NCBI GenBank assembly: GCA_034521595.1
Contig: JAXHMG010000003.1
Span: 1,856,001-1,920,000 of the forward strand
Direction of reading: 5' to 3'
Source of the DNA: Gemmatimonadota bacterium
GTDB taxonomy: Bacteria; Gemmatimonadota; Gemmatimonadetes; Longimicrobiales; Gaopeijiaceae
DNA: 64,000 nt
Shown here: positions 42,540 through 55,199 of the stretch, in pieces
Numbering within the stretch: position 1 is the stretch's first letter
How the letters are laid out: the number at the start of each line of letters is the position of its first letter
The notes under the pieces: generated by a model
Told to the model about the DNA's origin: nothing
Database searches by the model: none
What the model saw: the letters and a program-made list of their open reading frames with translations, nothing else
Position numbers and translations under genes: made by a program

Positions 42540-43633
42540 TGATCCGAAGCGACGAGGCGCTCTTCTTCAGCCGCGATGCGAAGAGAGCTGATGATCTCGT
42601 CGAGGTCGCCCTCGAGCACGTCGTCGAGGCGGTGAAGCGTCAGGCCGATGCGGTGATCCGTGACCCGGCTCTGGGGAAAGTTGTAGGTACGGATCTTCGC
42701 GGAGCGATCGCCCGTGCCCACCTGTGTCTTCCGCTCCCGTGCCCGCTCTGCCTCCCGCTCCGCGACCATGCGGTCGAGCAGACGGCTCCGCAGCACCTTC
42801 ATGGCCTTCGCCTTGTTCTTGTGCTGGGATTTCTCGTCCTGGCAGGACACCACGAGTCCGGTCGGGACATGGGTGATCCGCACGGCGGAATCCGTGGTGT
42901 TGACCGATTGCCCCCCGGGTCCGGAGGAACGGAAGACGTCGATGCGCAAGTCGTTCGGATCGATGTGCAGGTCGACCTCCTCGGCCTCGGGGAGCACGGC
43001 CACGGTCGCCGCCGACGTGTGGACGCGGCCCTGGCTCTCGGTCTCGGGCACGCGTTGCACCCGATGCACTCCGGATTCGTAGCGGAGGCGGCCGTAAGCT
43101 CCCTTCCCCCTCACCGTGAAGATCGCCTCGCGAATCGCCCCGGGGATGCCCTCGGACAGGCTCATGAGCTCTATGGTCCACCCCTCTCGCTCGGCCACGC
43201 GGCGGTACATGCGCAGGAGGTCCTGGGCGAACAGGCCGGCTTCGTCTCCGCCGGTCCCCGCGCGGATCTCGACCACCGCCGCCCGATCCGCGAGCGGGTC
43301 GGGCGGGATCAACAATTCCTTGACCCGATCCTGCAGCCGGGAAACCCTTTGGTCGATCGACTCGAGCTCGCTCTCGGCCAGCGCGGCCATGTCGTCGTCA
43401 TCCGTCTCGGCGAGGAGCTCGGCCGCGCCCCGGCGTTCCTCGAGGAGGGCACGCAACTGCCGTCCGGCTTCGACCACGGGCTCGAGGTGGGCCCGTTCCT
43501 GGCCGAGCGTTCTGAGCTGCTCCGGATCGGACGTGACCTCGGGGCTCGCGAGCTGAGCATCGACCTCGACGAAACGGCGCTCCGCGTCCCGGAGGCGCTC
43601 TTCGAGTCGAGGGTCCAGCGCATCCGGTTTCAT
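42536..43633 (-). CDS. prfA: Peptide chain release factor 1
   Basis: GTGGDEA, RVPETE (PxT), GGQ, NKAKA, RTYNFPQ. Confidence 0.98.
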   Translation of the reverse strand: MKPDALDPRLEERLRDAERRFVEVDAQLASPEVTSDPEQLRTLGQERAHLEPVVEAGRQLRALLEERRGAAELLAETDDDDMAALAESELESIDQRVSRLQDRVKELLIPPDPLADRAAVVEIRAGTGGDEAGLFAQDLLRMYRRVAEREGWTIELMSLSEGIPGAIREAIFTVRGKGAYGRLRYESGVHRVQRVPETESQGRVHTSAATVAVLPEAEEVDLHIDPNDLRIDVFRSSGPGGQSVNTTDSAVRITHVPTGLVVSCQDEKSQHKNKAKAMKVLRSRLLDRMVAEREAERARERKTQVGTGDRSAKIRTYNFPQSRVTDHRIGLTLHRLDDVLEGDLDEIISSLRIAAEEERLVASDQ

Positions 43634-43712
43634 GCGAGACGACGACCCTTCGGCCGATCAACCCGTCCGAGCACGGAACGCCGGGCGCGGGCCGGGGAGC
43701 GCCCGCGGCGGA

Positions 43713-43919
43713 TCACTTCCCCGCTTTCTCGTACTTCCTCTTGAAGCGGTCGACCCGCCCGGCGGTATCGACCAGGCGCTGCTTGCCGGTGTAGAAAGGG
43801 TGACATACAGCGCAGATCTCCACGTGGATATCCTCCACGGTAGACATCGTCTCGAACTGATTCCCACAGGCACAGATGACCGTCGTGGCCGTGGATTCGG
43901 GGTGGATGCCCTGCTTCAT
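43713..43919 (-). CDS. rpmE: 50S ribosomal protein L31 (Zn-binding type)
   Basis: [26 protein letters not shown]. Confidence 0.97.
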   Translation of the reverse strand: MKQGIHPESTATTVICACGNQFETMSTVEDIHVEICAVCHPFYTGKQRLVDTAGRVDRFKRKYEKAGK

Positions 43920-44019
43920 GTCCTGCTCCAAAACGTCCAGGTGGACCGGGCGAGGGCAAGCGATGCCTCCGCCCGAGCTTCCGGGTCCGATTGCCGACCG
44001 GTCCCGGGATAGACTTGGA

Positions 44020-44048
44020 AAGCTACACACGGCCCCTCCGAGGGTCCA
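44020..44048 (-). promoter_or_regulatory. Candidate rpmE promoter
   Basis: TGGACC (44043-44048) N17 TAGCTT (44020-44025), preceded by an extended -10 TGTG. Confidence 0.4.
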
Positions 44049-45591
44049 GGGAGCGGACCCTTCCGGCACCCAAGACGCCGGCGAGCGCGGCGAGCACGGA
44101 GAGGGGGCCGACCACGTCACCGAAGCGTGTGAAGAGCGTCACCGTGTCCGTGCTGCGCACGGTCGCGATCGCCACGCCCGTTCCGGGCGGCCCGGACGCG
44201 GCATGGAGGCGTCCGACCGGATCGGTGAAGAAGGTGAAGCCCCCGTTGGCGGCGCGGGCCGCGCCCATCCGTCCTTCGATGGCTCGCATCACGAGGTGGG
44301 ACGGATGTTGGTGGATCGCCGCCCGTCCAGCGCCGTAGAGCGCGTCGAACCATCCGTCGTTCGACACGTTCACGAGCACGTCCGCACCGGCGCGGCGGGC
44401 GTGTCGGGCAGCATCGGCGAAGATCACCTCGAAACAGACGAGCGGCCCCAGGGTGAGCCCTCCGACCTCGAGCACGGACGGTCCCGTGCCGGCGCGCACG
44501 GCCCCCAGAGGAAGCGCTGCCCGAGATCCGCTTCGTGCCCATCCGGGCATCGGGAGCGGGTCGGTTTCGACGAAGGGCACGAGGCGCCGTTTCTCGTACC
44601 GCTGTTCCGCGAGCCCACCCGGCCCGAGGACGAACACGGCGTTGTGCGTGCCGCCGTCGTCGGCGGCGGCGGGCGCCCCGAAGAGGACGGGTGCACCGAT
44701 CCGCCGGGTGCGCCGGCGAAGGTCACGGACCGCGTCGGCCTCACGGGGATCCCCCGCCAGCACCCCCTCGGGCAACACGACGAGGTCCGCCGAGCCCGGA
44801 GCGATGGTGGCGAACGCCTCGTCGAGCTCCATGCCCATCCGCTCCCGCCAAACCTCCGGATCGAGCCGCGCCTCGGCCGGCACGTCCGTGCGGACCACGG
44901 CGATGCGCGCGGCCGGACGGGTGTCGAGCGTCGCCCCTCTCCAGATGCCCCAACCGGCCGGAACGAGCACGGCGAACGCCACGATCAGCCCCCACCGGAG
45001 CACGCCTCTCCGCCCGGCCCGCACCGCCGTGGCGAGAAGCCCGCTCACCGCCGCGAGCCAGAAGGTGACGCCGCGTGCTCCCACGAGCTCGGCGATGCCG
45101 ACGAGCTCCGGAAAGCCCGTCAGCGACGTCCCGAGCCCGAGCCACGGAAACGCCAGGGATCCGGGCAGATGAGCCTGCACCCACTCGGCCGCCGTCCACG
45201 CGACCGCGAGAGAGAGCCAGAGCGGGATCCTCGCACCGTGCACCATGCGGTGGATCGCCCACCCGAACCCGGCCGAGAGGGCGACGAGGATCGCCAGCGC
45301 CGCGGCATAGAGTGGCACGGCCCAGGGCGTCAGGGCCGCGAGGGCGGGGATCAGCCAATGCAGCAGCAGACCGTGGAAGACGAGGCCGAGCACGCCTCCC
45401 CCACGCGCCGCCGCCGCGGCTCCGGAAGGAAATTCGGCGCCGTCTTCCCCTCCCGGCGATCGGGCGACCCACACCGCGAACGGCACGAGCGCCACGAACG
45501 ACGGGAAGACCGTATGGAAGGGCGGGAATGCGCAGACGAGCAGCAGTCCCGAAAAGGTAGGGAGGAGCCATTCCCCCCGGCGCGGCACCAC
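44023..45591 (-). CDS. lnt: Apolipoprotein N-acyltransferase
   Basis: TM helices plus nitrilase triad: [24 protein letters not shown]. Confidence 0.92.
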   Translation of the reverse strand: MVPRRGEWLLPTFSGLLLVCAFPPFHTVFPSFVALVPFAVWVARSPGGEDGAEFPSGAAAAARGGGVLGLVFHGLLLHWLIPALAALTPWAVPLYAAALAILVALSAGFGWAIHRMVHGARIPLWLSLAVAWTAAEWVQAHLPGSLAFPWLGLGTSLTGFPELVGIAELVGARGVTFWLAAVSGLLATAVRAGRRGVLRWGLIVAFAVLVPAGWGIWRGATLDTRPAARIAVVRTDVPAEARLDPEVWRERMGMELDEAFATIAPGSADLVVLPEGVLAGDPREADAVRDLRRRTRRIGAPVLFGAPAAADDGGTHNAVFVLGPGGLAEQRYEKRRLVPFVETDPLPMPGWARSGSRAALPLGAVRAGTGPSVLEVGGLTLGPLVCFEVIFADAARHARRAGADVLVNVSNDGWFDALYGAGRAAIHQHPSHLVMRAIEGRMGAARAANGGFTFFTDPVGRLHAASGPPGTGVAIATVRSTDTVTLFTRFGDVVGPLSVLAALAGVLGAGRVRSLDPRRGRV

Positions 45592-45593
45592 CG

Positions 45594-46613
45594 CTACGAC
45601 AGCCGTACCTCCCGACCCGATGCCGCCGCTTCGTAGGCTGCTTCGACCAACCTGATGAGGCCCACCTGCTCGCGGGGAACCGGGATGTCGGATTGGCCCT
45701 GGACGGCGCGCACGAACTCGTCGAGCAATCGGCGATACGCGTTGGTGTACGGGTTCTCACGGCCCGACGGGGTCGGTTGTCGCGGCGTCACCTCGAGCGG
45801 GCGGCCGCCGAGCTGCCTGAACACCTGAAGGGGCGGCAGCTCCCCCGACCCCTCCGTCCCCAGAACCCTCGCGTAGAAGCGATCTTCGTTGGCGAACAGC
45901 CGGTTGCTCACCTCGAGGGTGAGCGCCATGCCGTTCTCGGCCTCGGCCATGAGCGTGGCCGCATCCTCCACCTCGTACTCGCCGTGCGTGAGCACGCACG
46001 ACAGGCGCCGAATCTCCGGAAAGCCGGTGATCCACAAGCACATGTCGAGGGCCGGCACCCCGAGATCGACGAGCGCGCCCCCACCGGCGGACTTCGCGTC
46101 CTGCCTCCAGGTCGGGCGCGGAATCGGCACCGGGCGCGTCATCCAGCTTCCGCGGACCGAGTAGAGCCCCCCCAGCTCCCCACCGGCGACGAAGCTCCGG
46201 AGCGCGGCGACTTCCGGACGGAACCGATGCGGCATTCCCAAAGCCAGGAGCTTCCCCGTCCGCTCCGCGGCCTCGACGATATGTGCGGCGCCTTCGGACG
46301 TGGCGGCGAGCGGCCGCTCGACCAGGACGTGCTTCCCGGCCTCGAGCGCGCGGACGCACATCTCTTCGTGAAGGTGGTTGGGTGTCGTGACCACGACGGC
46401 ATCGAGCTCGGGGTCCTCGACCAGCTCCTCCCAATCGACCACCCGGGGCACGCCGACCCGCTCGGCCAAGGTCGAGGCCTTGTGCGGATCGGCGTCGGCC
46501 AGCGCGATCAGGTCGACGTCCTCGCGCTCCATGAAGATGGGGATGTGGACGACCTGACAGATGGCTCCGATGCCGACGATCCCGAGGCGCACCCTTTCGG
46601 GCCGCTCACTCAT
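45594..46613 (-). CDS. Gfo/Idh/MocA-family protein with atypical active-site residues
   Basis: GIGAI Rossmann fold, TPNHLH, GKHVLVERP, GGGALVDLG. Confidence 0.88.
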   Translation of the reverse strand: MSERPERVRLGIVGIGAICQVVHIPIFMEREDVDLIALADADPHKASTLAERVGVPRVVDWEELVEDPELDAVVVTTPNHLHEEMCVRALEAGKHVLVERPLAATSEGAAHIVEAAERTGKLLALGMPHRFRPEVAALRSFVAGGELGGLYSVRGSWMTRPVPIPRPTWRQDAKSAGGGALVDLGVPALDMCLWITGFPEIRRLSCVLTHGEYEVEDAATLMAEAENGMALTLEVSNRLFANEDRFYARVLGTEGSGELPPLQVFRQLGGRPLEVTPRQPTPSGRENPYTNAYRRLLDEFVRAVQGQSDIPVPREQVGLIRLVEAAYEAAASGREVRLS

Positions 46614-47299
46614 TCTCTCCGCTCCTCACCGGGAACCAGCTGGCCCCAGAGAATCTGTGCGCCCAGCCGAAGCTGGAAATACTGCATGTCTTCGAGCACC
46701 GCGTACCGTCCCTGGCTTTGCAGGCGGAGCCGGTCCGTCAAAGGAAGCTCCCAACCGAGATGGAGGTTGAAGCCCGCGCTCACGGAGTCGAGGAGGTCCT
46801 CGATGAACGTATCCTCGACGGCGGCACCGCTCCCGTCGAGCACGTGCGCCGAGACCCCGAGGCCGGCGTAGGTCAACATGTTGAACGGAATCGCCCAGAC
46901 CACGTGGGCGTCCAGTCCGAGCGCGTAGTCGGTCCATTCGATGGTCCCCAGATCCACCGTCGGCGGCAGCGCTCCCGTTTCCCGCGACACGAGGTTCCCC
47001 ACGCGCGTCTCGAGCGTCGCCACCTCCGAGCGCCGGAACGGGGAGGACCAGTAGGTGAAGCTCGGCACGAGCCGGAGTCCCGGTCCGAGGTAACCGAGGT
47101 CGAGACGCAACCCGTAGGTGGTCGTCCGCTCCACGCGCGTGGGGAAAAGATAACCGACCTCCGCGCCGATCCCCCGAAATTCGAGATTCTCGTAGTCGAG
47201 GTCCGCGAGGTCCTGGCCGGCGCCCACCGCGGGCAGCCCCAACGTCAGGCCGGCGGCGAGGACCGCCGCACCGACCGCCCATGGACGAGCGCCGCGCAT
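46610..47299 (-). CDS. Exported hypothetical protein, probable outer-membrane beta-barrel
   Basis: Signal peptide; alternating aromatic/hydrophobic strands (YGLRLDLGY, YAGLGVSAH, FNLHLGWE). Confidence 0.65.
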   Translation of the reverse strand: MRGARPWAVGAAVLAAGLTLGLPAVGAGQDLADLDYENLEFRGIGAEVGYLFPTRVERTTTYGLRLDLGYLGPGLRLVPSFTYWSSPFRRSEVATLETRVGNLVSRETGALPPTVDLGTIEWTDYALGLDAHVVWAIPFNMLTYAGLGVSAHVLDGSGAAVEDTFIEDLLDSVSAGFNLHLGWELPLTDRLRLQSQGRYAVLEDMQYFQLRLGAQILWGQLVPGEERRE

Positions 47300-48771
47300 C
47301 AGCCGTCCACCTTCGCGACGAGATCGTAGTCGAGGGCATCCACGATCTCGACATCGACGAAGGAGCCCACGTCCCAGGCACGCTCCGCGCTGTCCGCGCT
47401 CCGGGCGATCTGGGTCACGCCGTCCACGTCGAGCGCCTGCGCTCCCGTTCGGGCCGTCGCCACGAAATCGGGATCATCAGGGGTCACCTCGTCGACGAGG
47501 GCGCGTGTGCGGGTGCCCACGAGGGCCTCGTTGCGGTCGAACGAGATGCCTCTCTGCACCTCCATGAGCGCTTCGAGGCGCTCCTGGATGAGCGACTCGG
47601 AAAGCTGCCCCGGCAGGTCCACCGCACGGGTGCCTTCCTCGACCGAGTACCCGAAAGCCCCGACCCGATCGAACTCCAGCTCCTCGAGAAGGTCGAGCAG
47701 CGCCCGGAAATCGTCGTCGGTCTCGCCGGGAAAGCCCACGATGACCGTGGTGCGGAGCGTCAGGTCGGGTACGGCCTCACGCAACCAGGCCACGCGCTCA
47801 CGGATGGTGGCTCGGCGCTCGGGCCGGCGCATGAGCTCGAGGATGCGGTCGCTGCCATGCTGGATCGGCATGTCGAGGTACGGGAGGATGCGCGGCTCCT
47901 CGGCGAGGAGGGACACCATCTCGCGTGTGATCCCCGACGGATACATGTAGAAGAGCCGGTACCACGGGATGTCGGCGCCGGCCGTCAGGGCGCGCAGAAG
48001 GTCCGGCAGGAGTGGGGCCGACCGATCCTGCCTGCGGAGATCCCGGCCATACCAGGTCGTGTCCTGCGACACGATGTTGATCTCCCTCACCCCCTGGGCG
48101 CCGAGCGCCGCGGCTTCCCGCACCAACTCGCCGAGCGGGTGAGACCGATGGAGGCCGCGCATCAGCGGAATGGCGCAGAACGCACAGGTGTGGTCGCACC
48201 CCTCGCTGATCTTCAGATACGACGTATGCCGGGTCTCCGACGAGAGGACGCGCAGGGGGCGCTCCATGACGGGCACCGCTTCGTTCTCGGGAGGCAGCAG
48301 ACCCCGGTCACGGAGCTGCGGCACCAATTCCGAGAGCTCGGTGAGGCCCATGAACAGGTCGACCTCCGGAATCTCGTCCGCGAGCTCGTCCTGGTAGCGC
48401 TGCACCATGCACCCGACCGCCACGACCGCGTTCAGCCCACCCGCGGCTTTGAGGTCACACGCTTCGAGGATCGTCTCGATGGACTGTTCCTTCGCCTCCT
48501 GGATGAAGCCGCACGTGTTCACGATCACCACGTCGGCCCCGTCCACCTCGGACGTCACCCGGGCGCCGTGGCCGACCAGCGCGGCCATCATCCGCTCCGA
48601 ATCGACCGTGTTCTTGTCGCAGCCGAGCGTCACGAGCGCGATGCGCGGTCCGGTCGAAGGCCCCGAGTCGTCGAACTGGTGCCGGACGGAGGTGACGTCG
48701 TCGGGCACCCCCGGCCGCACGGGCTCGGGGGTTACCGGAAAGACAGGCAGGTCACGGGTTCTGGTCGTCAT
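47299..48771 (-). CDS. rimO: Ribosomal protein S12 methylthiotransferase
   Basis: LGCDKNTVDSE, NTCGFI, KISEGCDHTCAFC, GFPGET, TRAM domain. Confidence 0.95.
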   Translation of the reverse strand: MTTRTRDLPVFPVTPEPVRPGVPDDVTSVRHQFDDSGPSTGPRIALVTLGCDKNTVDSERMMAALVGHGARVTSEVDGADVVIVNTCGFIQEAKEQSIETILEACDLKAAGGLNAVVAVGCMVQRYQDELADEIPEVDLFMGLTELSELVPQLRDRGLLPPENEAVPVMERPLRVLSSETRHTSYLKISEGCDHTCAFCAIPLMRGLHRSHPLGELVREAAALGAQGVREINIVSQDTTWYGRDLRRQDRSAPLLPDLLRALTAGADIPWYRLFYMYPSGITREMVSLLAEEPRILPYLDMPIQHGSDRILELMRRPERRATIRERVAWLREAVPDLTLRTTVIVGFPGETDDDFRALLDLLEELEFDRVGAFGYSVEEGTRAVDLPGQLSESLIQERLEALMEVQRGISFDRNEALVGTRTRALVDEVTPDDPDFVATARTGAQALDVDGVTQIARSADSAERAWDVGSFVDVEIVDALDYDLVAKVDG

Positions 48772-49493
48772 CGGGGTCCGGTCACGCTGGAGATGATTTG
48801 CGCGTCTTCGGGAGGCGTGAAGGTAAACCACTCACCGGCCGGGTCCGACTCGAAGTCGATGTTGGCGAGCGTCACGGTGCGCACCGTCCCGTTCTCCTCC
48901 TCCATCCGGATCCGCCGCAGCGCCGGGGTCCCTCGGTCGATCCAGAGCACGGCCGACTCGTATCCGGCGGGCCGACGAGGGACGAGGTGCAGCCGGTGGG
49001 TCGGGTGTCCGTCGACCGTGTCCTCCCCTTCGTATGTGACTTCGTACTTCGTCTCCGGGTCATCGAGGAACTCACGGTGGAAGTCGTGCCCGCCACGCTG
49101 CTCGCTGACCGGCGTGCGCATGACCTGTTTCTCGTCCATGCTGGGGTAGTAGATCCACACCCACTCCCCATCGATCACGATGCGGTCTCCCTCGGGCTCG
49201 GTGAAGCGCATCGCGAACCGGTTCGGCCGCGCCTGGCAGATCCGGCCCGTCCCCGTTCGCTCGTCCCCGAGCAACGGGACCACCAGATCCTGCGTGAAGT
49301 CGGCGCACAGGGCCTCGACGCCCCGATACCGCTCGGCCGCCTCGCGGATGATCTCGATGCCACGGTCGCTCGACTGAGCGTGGAGCGGCACGGCCCCCAA
49401 AGCCGTCACGAGCACGGCGAGCCCGAGCGCCAAGGGTCCGCGGACCCGGACGGCCAGAGCCTCGACCATTCCACGGACGGCACGCCGGCTCAC
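48768..49493 (-). CDS. lolA: Outer-membrane lipoprotein carrier LolA family
   Basis: Signal peptide, ADFTQ, RPNRF, DGEWVWIY, FTFTPP; follows ftsK; alternative start at 49469. Confidence 0.88.
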   Translation of the reverse strand: MSRRAVRGMVEALAVRVRGPLALGLAVLVTALGAVPLHAQSSDRGIEIIREAAERYRGVEALCADFTQDLVVPLLGDERTGTGRICQARPNRFAMRFTEPEGDRIVIDGEWVWIYYPSMDEKQVMRTPVSEQRGGHDFHREFLDDPETKYEVTYEGEDTVDGHPTHRLHLVPRRPAGYESAVLWIDRGTPALRRIRMEEENGTVRTVTLANIDFESDPAGEWFTFTPPEDAQIISSVTGPR

Positions 49494-51850
49494 GAGGCCG
49501 CGCCCGGGCCGCAGATCGTGTCCAGCTCGTCCAGGCTCACCAGGATCTCGCGCCCCTTCGACCCGTCGGAGGGGCCGAGCACGCCCGCGTCGTGGAGTTG
49601 ATCGACGATGCGCGCCGCCCGACCGTATCCGATGCTCAACCGACGCTGCAACAGCGAGGTCGAGCCGTTCCCGTTCTGGATGCACACCTCGGCCGCGGCA
49701 CGGAAGAGCTCGTCCCAATCTCCCGCGATCTCCTCCGCCTGGGACGCCGCTTCGTCGAGCTCCTGACTCCGCAGCTCGTCCAGAATATCCGGCTCCGGCC
49801 CCGGCGTCACGTCGGCCGCTGCCGAGCCGGTCTGCTCCAGCAGCTCGATGTACCATCCCATCAAGCGCTCCGTGTCCTCCGTGGGAAGGAACGCCCCCTG
49901 GATGCGCACCGGATCGCTTCGGCCGGGCGGCAAGAAGAGCATGTCGCCATTGCCGAGCAGCGCGTCGGCGCCGTTCTGGTCCAGAATCGTGCGCGAGTCC
50001 GTCTTCGAGGCCACCCGGAAGGCGACACGGGTCGGGAAGTTCGCTTTGATGAGCCCGGTGATCACGTTCACCGACGGTCGCTGCGTGGCCACGATCAGGT
50101 GGATCCCGATGGCACGCGCCTTCTGCGCGAGCTGCGTGAGCGGCTTCTCGATGTCGCTCTGCACGGTCATCATCAGGTCGGCGAGCTCGTCGACGACCAC
50201 CACGATGAACGGCATGACGCCCTCTTGGTAGATCCACCGGTCTTCGTCTCCCTCGGGGCCCCGCGGCTCCGTGCGCTTGAGGACCGCGCCTTCCCGTACC
50301 TTGCGGTTGAACTCCGCGATCGAGCGGACGTGGTTCACCTTCAGAAGCTCGTACCGACGCTCCATCTCGATCACGGCCCATTTGAGTACACCGGCGGCGT
50401 CCCGGGGGTCGGTCACGACGTTGTGGCGCAGATGGGGTAGGCGCGAATAGACCGAGAGCTCGACCATCTTCGGGTCGATCATGAGCAGGCGGAGCGTCTC
50501 GGGCGTGTGCCGGTAGACGAGGCTGGTCACGATCGTGTTGATGCAGACCGACTTACCCGACCCGGTCGCACCGGCGATCAGGAGGTGCGGCATCTTCTCG
50601 AGCGTGGTCACGTACGGCTCGCCGCTCAGGTCCTTGCCGAGCGCCAGCGGCAGGTCACCCTTCGCGCTCCGAAACGCCGGCGACTCGAGGATCTCCCGGA
50701 GGTTCACGATCTCCTTCTCCGGGTTGGGGATCTCCACCCCCACCGCACCCTTGCCGGGAATCGGCGCCACGATGCGGATGGCGTGGGCCTTCATCGCGAG
50801 GGCCAGATCCGCTTCCAGATTGGAGATACGGTTTACCTTCACCCCGGCCGCGGGAACCACCTCGAACTGCGTCACCACGGGCCCGGTCGTGCGCTCTCCG
50901 AGCTCGCTGTCGATGTTGAAGGTGCGGAGCTTCTCGACCAGGACTCGGCCGAGCTCGTCCAGGCCGCGCTCCATCTTGGCCCGATCCACGCGCTCGGGCG
51001 CGCTGAGAAGGTCGACGGGAGGAACGTCATGGTCCGAACCGTCCGGCGCGTTCGGGTCGGGGAAGGGATCGACGTCCACCACCTCGGGCTCGGACTCCGA
51101 GTCTTCGGCGGCCGCCCCGCCCCCGTCGTTCTCGGGGGCGAACGGGTCGTCGTGGACGGGCTCCACCCCCCCCGTGGTGGCCGTGTCGTCGACCCCGAGC
51201 CACTCCGGCTCCATGCCGGGCACAGGGGCCGGCTCCTCACGATCCGAGGGAGCTTGGTCCGGCTCTTCGACCACGGCCCGCGAGCGAGCCTCGAACAGGC
51301 TTCCCGCCTTGGCCGCCAGGGCCCCTACCCAACGTCCGAGCGCGCTGCTCCCGGTGATCACACCACGTCCGAACGACCGCAGGGGATTCCATCCCAGCGT
51401 GCCGACCGACAACGCCACCAAGACGACACCGCTCACGAGCACCGCACCGAGCCAGCCCAGCCAGTCGATCAGGGGCTCTCCGAGCGCGCGCCCCAGCCAC
51501 CCCGAGGGCGCGGTCATCGCCGTGAAGATCCAGACCGCGGTGGGCACGATGACCAACAGGCCACCGGCGAGAACCGCGGAACGGAGGGCGGAGGCCGGCG
51601 CGATCCAGCCACCCGTCGAGAGTCCGGCCAGGGCGACCAGGACCGGCACGACGAACGCCGCCACCCCGAAAAACGCCGTCAGGAGGCCCTGGAGCGTCCC
51701 TCCCACGATCCCCATGACGTTGCCGGACGGGAACCACTCGGCCCCTCGGGCACCGAAGACGCTCGGGGGCAGGAGCGACAGGAGGACGAAGAGCCCCAAG
51801 GCGAGCAGGGCCACCGCCACGATCTCGCGTCGCTGTTCCGCGTTCAGCAT
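49490..51850 (-). CDS. ftsK: DNA translocase FtsK
   Basis: 4TM N-terminus, GPVVT, AGATGSGKS, DPKMVE, TQRPS, gamma domain LQRRLSIGYGRA. Confidence 0.98.
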   Translation of the reverse strand: MLNAEQRREIVAVALLALGLFVLLSLLPPSVFGARGAEWFPSGNVMGIVGGTLQGLLTAFFGVAAFVVPVLVALAGLSTGGWIAPASALRSAVLAGGLLVIVPTAVWIFTAMTAPSGWLGRALGEPLIDWLGWLGAVLVSGVVLVALSVGTLGWNPLRSFGRGVITGSSALGRWVGALAAKAGSLFEARSRAVVEEPDQAPSDREEPAPVPGMEPEWLGVDDTATTGGVEPVHDDPFAPENDGGGAAAEDSESEPEVVDVDPFPDPNAPDGSDHDVPPVDLLSAPERVDRAKMERGLDELGRVLVEKLRTFNIDSELGERTTGPVVTQFEVVPAAGVKVNRISNLEADLALAMKAHAIRIVAPIPGKGAVGVEIPNPEKEIVNLREILESPAFRSAKGDLPLALGKDLSGEPYVTTLEKMPHLLIAGATGSGKSVCINTIVTSLVYRHTPETLRLLMIDPKMVELSVYSRLPHLRHNVVTDPRDAAGVLKWAVIEMERRYELLKVNHVRSIAEFNRKVREGAVLKRTEPRGPEGDEDRWIYQEGVMPFIVVVVDELADLMMTVQSDIEKPLTQLAQKARAIGIHLIVATQRPSVNVITGLIKANFPTRVAFRVASKTDSRTILDQNGADALLGNGDMLFLPPGRSDPVRIQGAFLPTEDTERLMGWYIELLEQTGSAAADVTPGPEPDILDELRSQELDEAASQAEEIAGDWDELFRAAAEVCIQNGNGSTSLLQRRLSIGYGRAARIVDQLHDAGVLGPSDGSKGREILVSLDELDTICGPGAAS

Positions 51851-51868
51851 GTCGTGCGCCCCGAAGCG

Positions 51869-52603
51869 TCAGGACCTGGGTAGGGTGATCGCCTTATCTT
51901 GCATCTCCGGCACGATCGCGTGCCGGTCCACTTCCGCACAGAGGTCGAGGTCGTCGCCCAGCCCGATCTCGACCAGCGCGCGTCCGGCCGTCGTCTCGGA
52001 GAGGAACGCCCGGCTCGGCTGCAAGGAGCCTGCCAGGGCCCGTGAAGCCCGCGAGGCATCGTTCAACTCGGGTGTCTCGCTTCGGCTCGCGACGATGCGC
52101 TCGATCAGGTGGCCCGCGCAGAGAGCGTCCTCGAGCGAGAACTGATCCTCCCGGCCGGCACAGAGGATCGCGAGGGACGTCGCGTCGGACAGCATATCCG
52201 TGACCGCACCCAGGTTCGTGAACGCACACGCCAACACGCGCTCGCCCTCGGCCCCGGCGACGAGCGCCCTGGTTCCGTTCGTGGTGCTCATCACCAGACG
52301 CTTCCCGGAGACCGCGTCCTTCGTGTACTCCCCCGGGGAGTTGCCGAGATCGAACCCCTCGACCTTGGCGCCTTTGCGCTCCCCGCAGAGAAGGGTATCC
52401 TCCCGACCCAGCGACGAAGCGAGCTTCACCGCCTCTTCGGTCGAGCCCGTCGGGTAGATGCTGCCCGCCCCCTGGGCGAGCGCCTCCGTCATGGTGGTCG
52501 TCGCCCGGACCACGTCGATCACGACCACGATCGACGTCGCCAAAGCCGGCGGATCGACCTCTTCGACCGTGAAGTAGGTGTCGATCTTCATGCCTCGCGC
52601 CAT
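51869..52603 (-). CDS. comB: 2-phosphosulfolactate phosphatase (ComB) family
   Basis: VIDVVRATT, GERKG, GNSP, TTNGT, LEDALCAG; alternative start at 52591. Confidence 0.9.
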   Translation of the reverse strand: MARGMKIDTYFTVEEVDPPALATSIVVVIDVVRATTTMTEALAQGAGSIYPTGSTEEAVKLASSLGREDTLLCGERKGAKVEGFDLGNSPGEYTKDAVSGKRLVMSTTNGTRALVAGAEGERVLACAFTNLGAVTDMLSDATSLAILCAGREDQFSLEDALCAGHLIERIVASRSETPELNDASRASRALAGSLQPSRAFLSETTAGRALVEIGLGDDLDLCAEVDRHAIVPEMQDKAITLPRS

Positions 52604-52623
52604 TGTTCGGACAAGCTGCTAGC

Positions 52624-53982
<1,359 letters not shown>

Positions 53983-54091
53983 GCGTATCCCTCCGTGAAC
54001 GCGGCACGTTCGAGCCACACGGACTCGCACGTACCTCGACTCCCCCGGCCGGGGGAGAATGATGCGGGCTTCCGGGCCGACGCCGAGCGCG

Positions 54092-54588
<497 letters not shown>

Positions 54589-54592
<4 letters not shown>

Positions 54593-55155
54593 GCGTTCAC
54601 CCTGGACAGATATTTGTCTTCGGTTCGGTCGATCCTGAGCCGCTCTCCCTCTTCGACGAAGAGCGGCACCTGGATCACCGCACCGGTCTCGAGGGTCGCA
54701 GGCTTCGTGCCACCCTGGGCCGTGTCTCCCTTCAGCCCCGGATCCGTCTGAGTCACCTCGAGCTCGACGAACTGCGGCAACTCCACGGCGATCACCTTGT
54801 CGTCGTGGACGAGCCCTTCACACTCCATGTTCTCTTTCAGGTACTTGAGCTGGTCTTCACCCAGAAGCTCACCGGAAATCGGAATCATCTCGAAGGTGTT
54901 CTGATCCATGAAGTGGTAGAGAAGCCCATCGGTGTAGCTGTAGGTCACGGGCCGGCGCTCGAGACGCACGTCCGTCACCTTCTCACCGGACCGGTACGTC
55001 TTCTCGACGACCTGGCCAGTCAGAACGTTCTTCAGCTTGGTGCGCACGAAGGCACCGCCCTTTCCGGGCTTCACGTGCTGAAAATAGGTGATGGTCCAAA
55101 GCTCGCCATCGATTTCGATGACCATCCCGTTACGGAAATCCGCGGTGCTCGCCAT
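54589..55155 (-). CDS. efp: Elongation factor P
   Basis: [27 protein letters not shown]. Confidence 0.98.
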
Positions 55156-55199
55156 GCGGCCTCGTGTCGAAGGTCGTGTTCGGGGTTCACACGGCGGCG

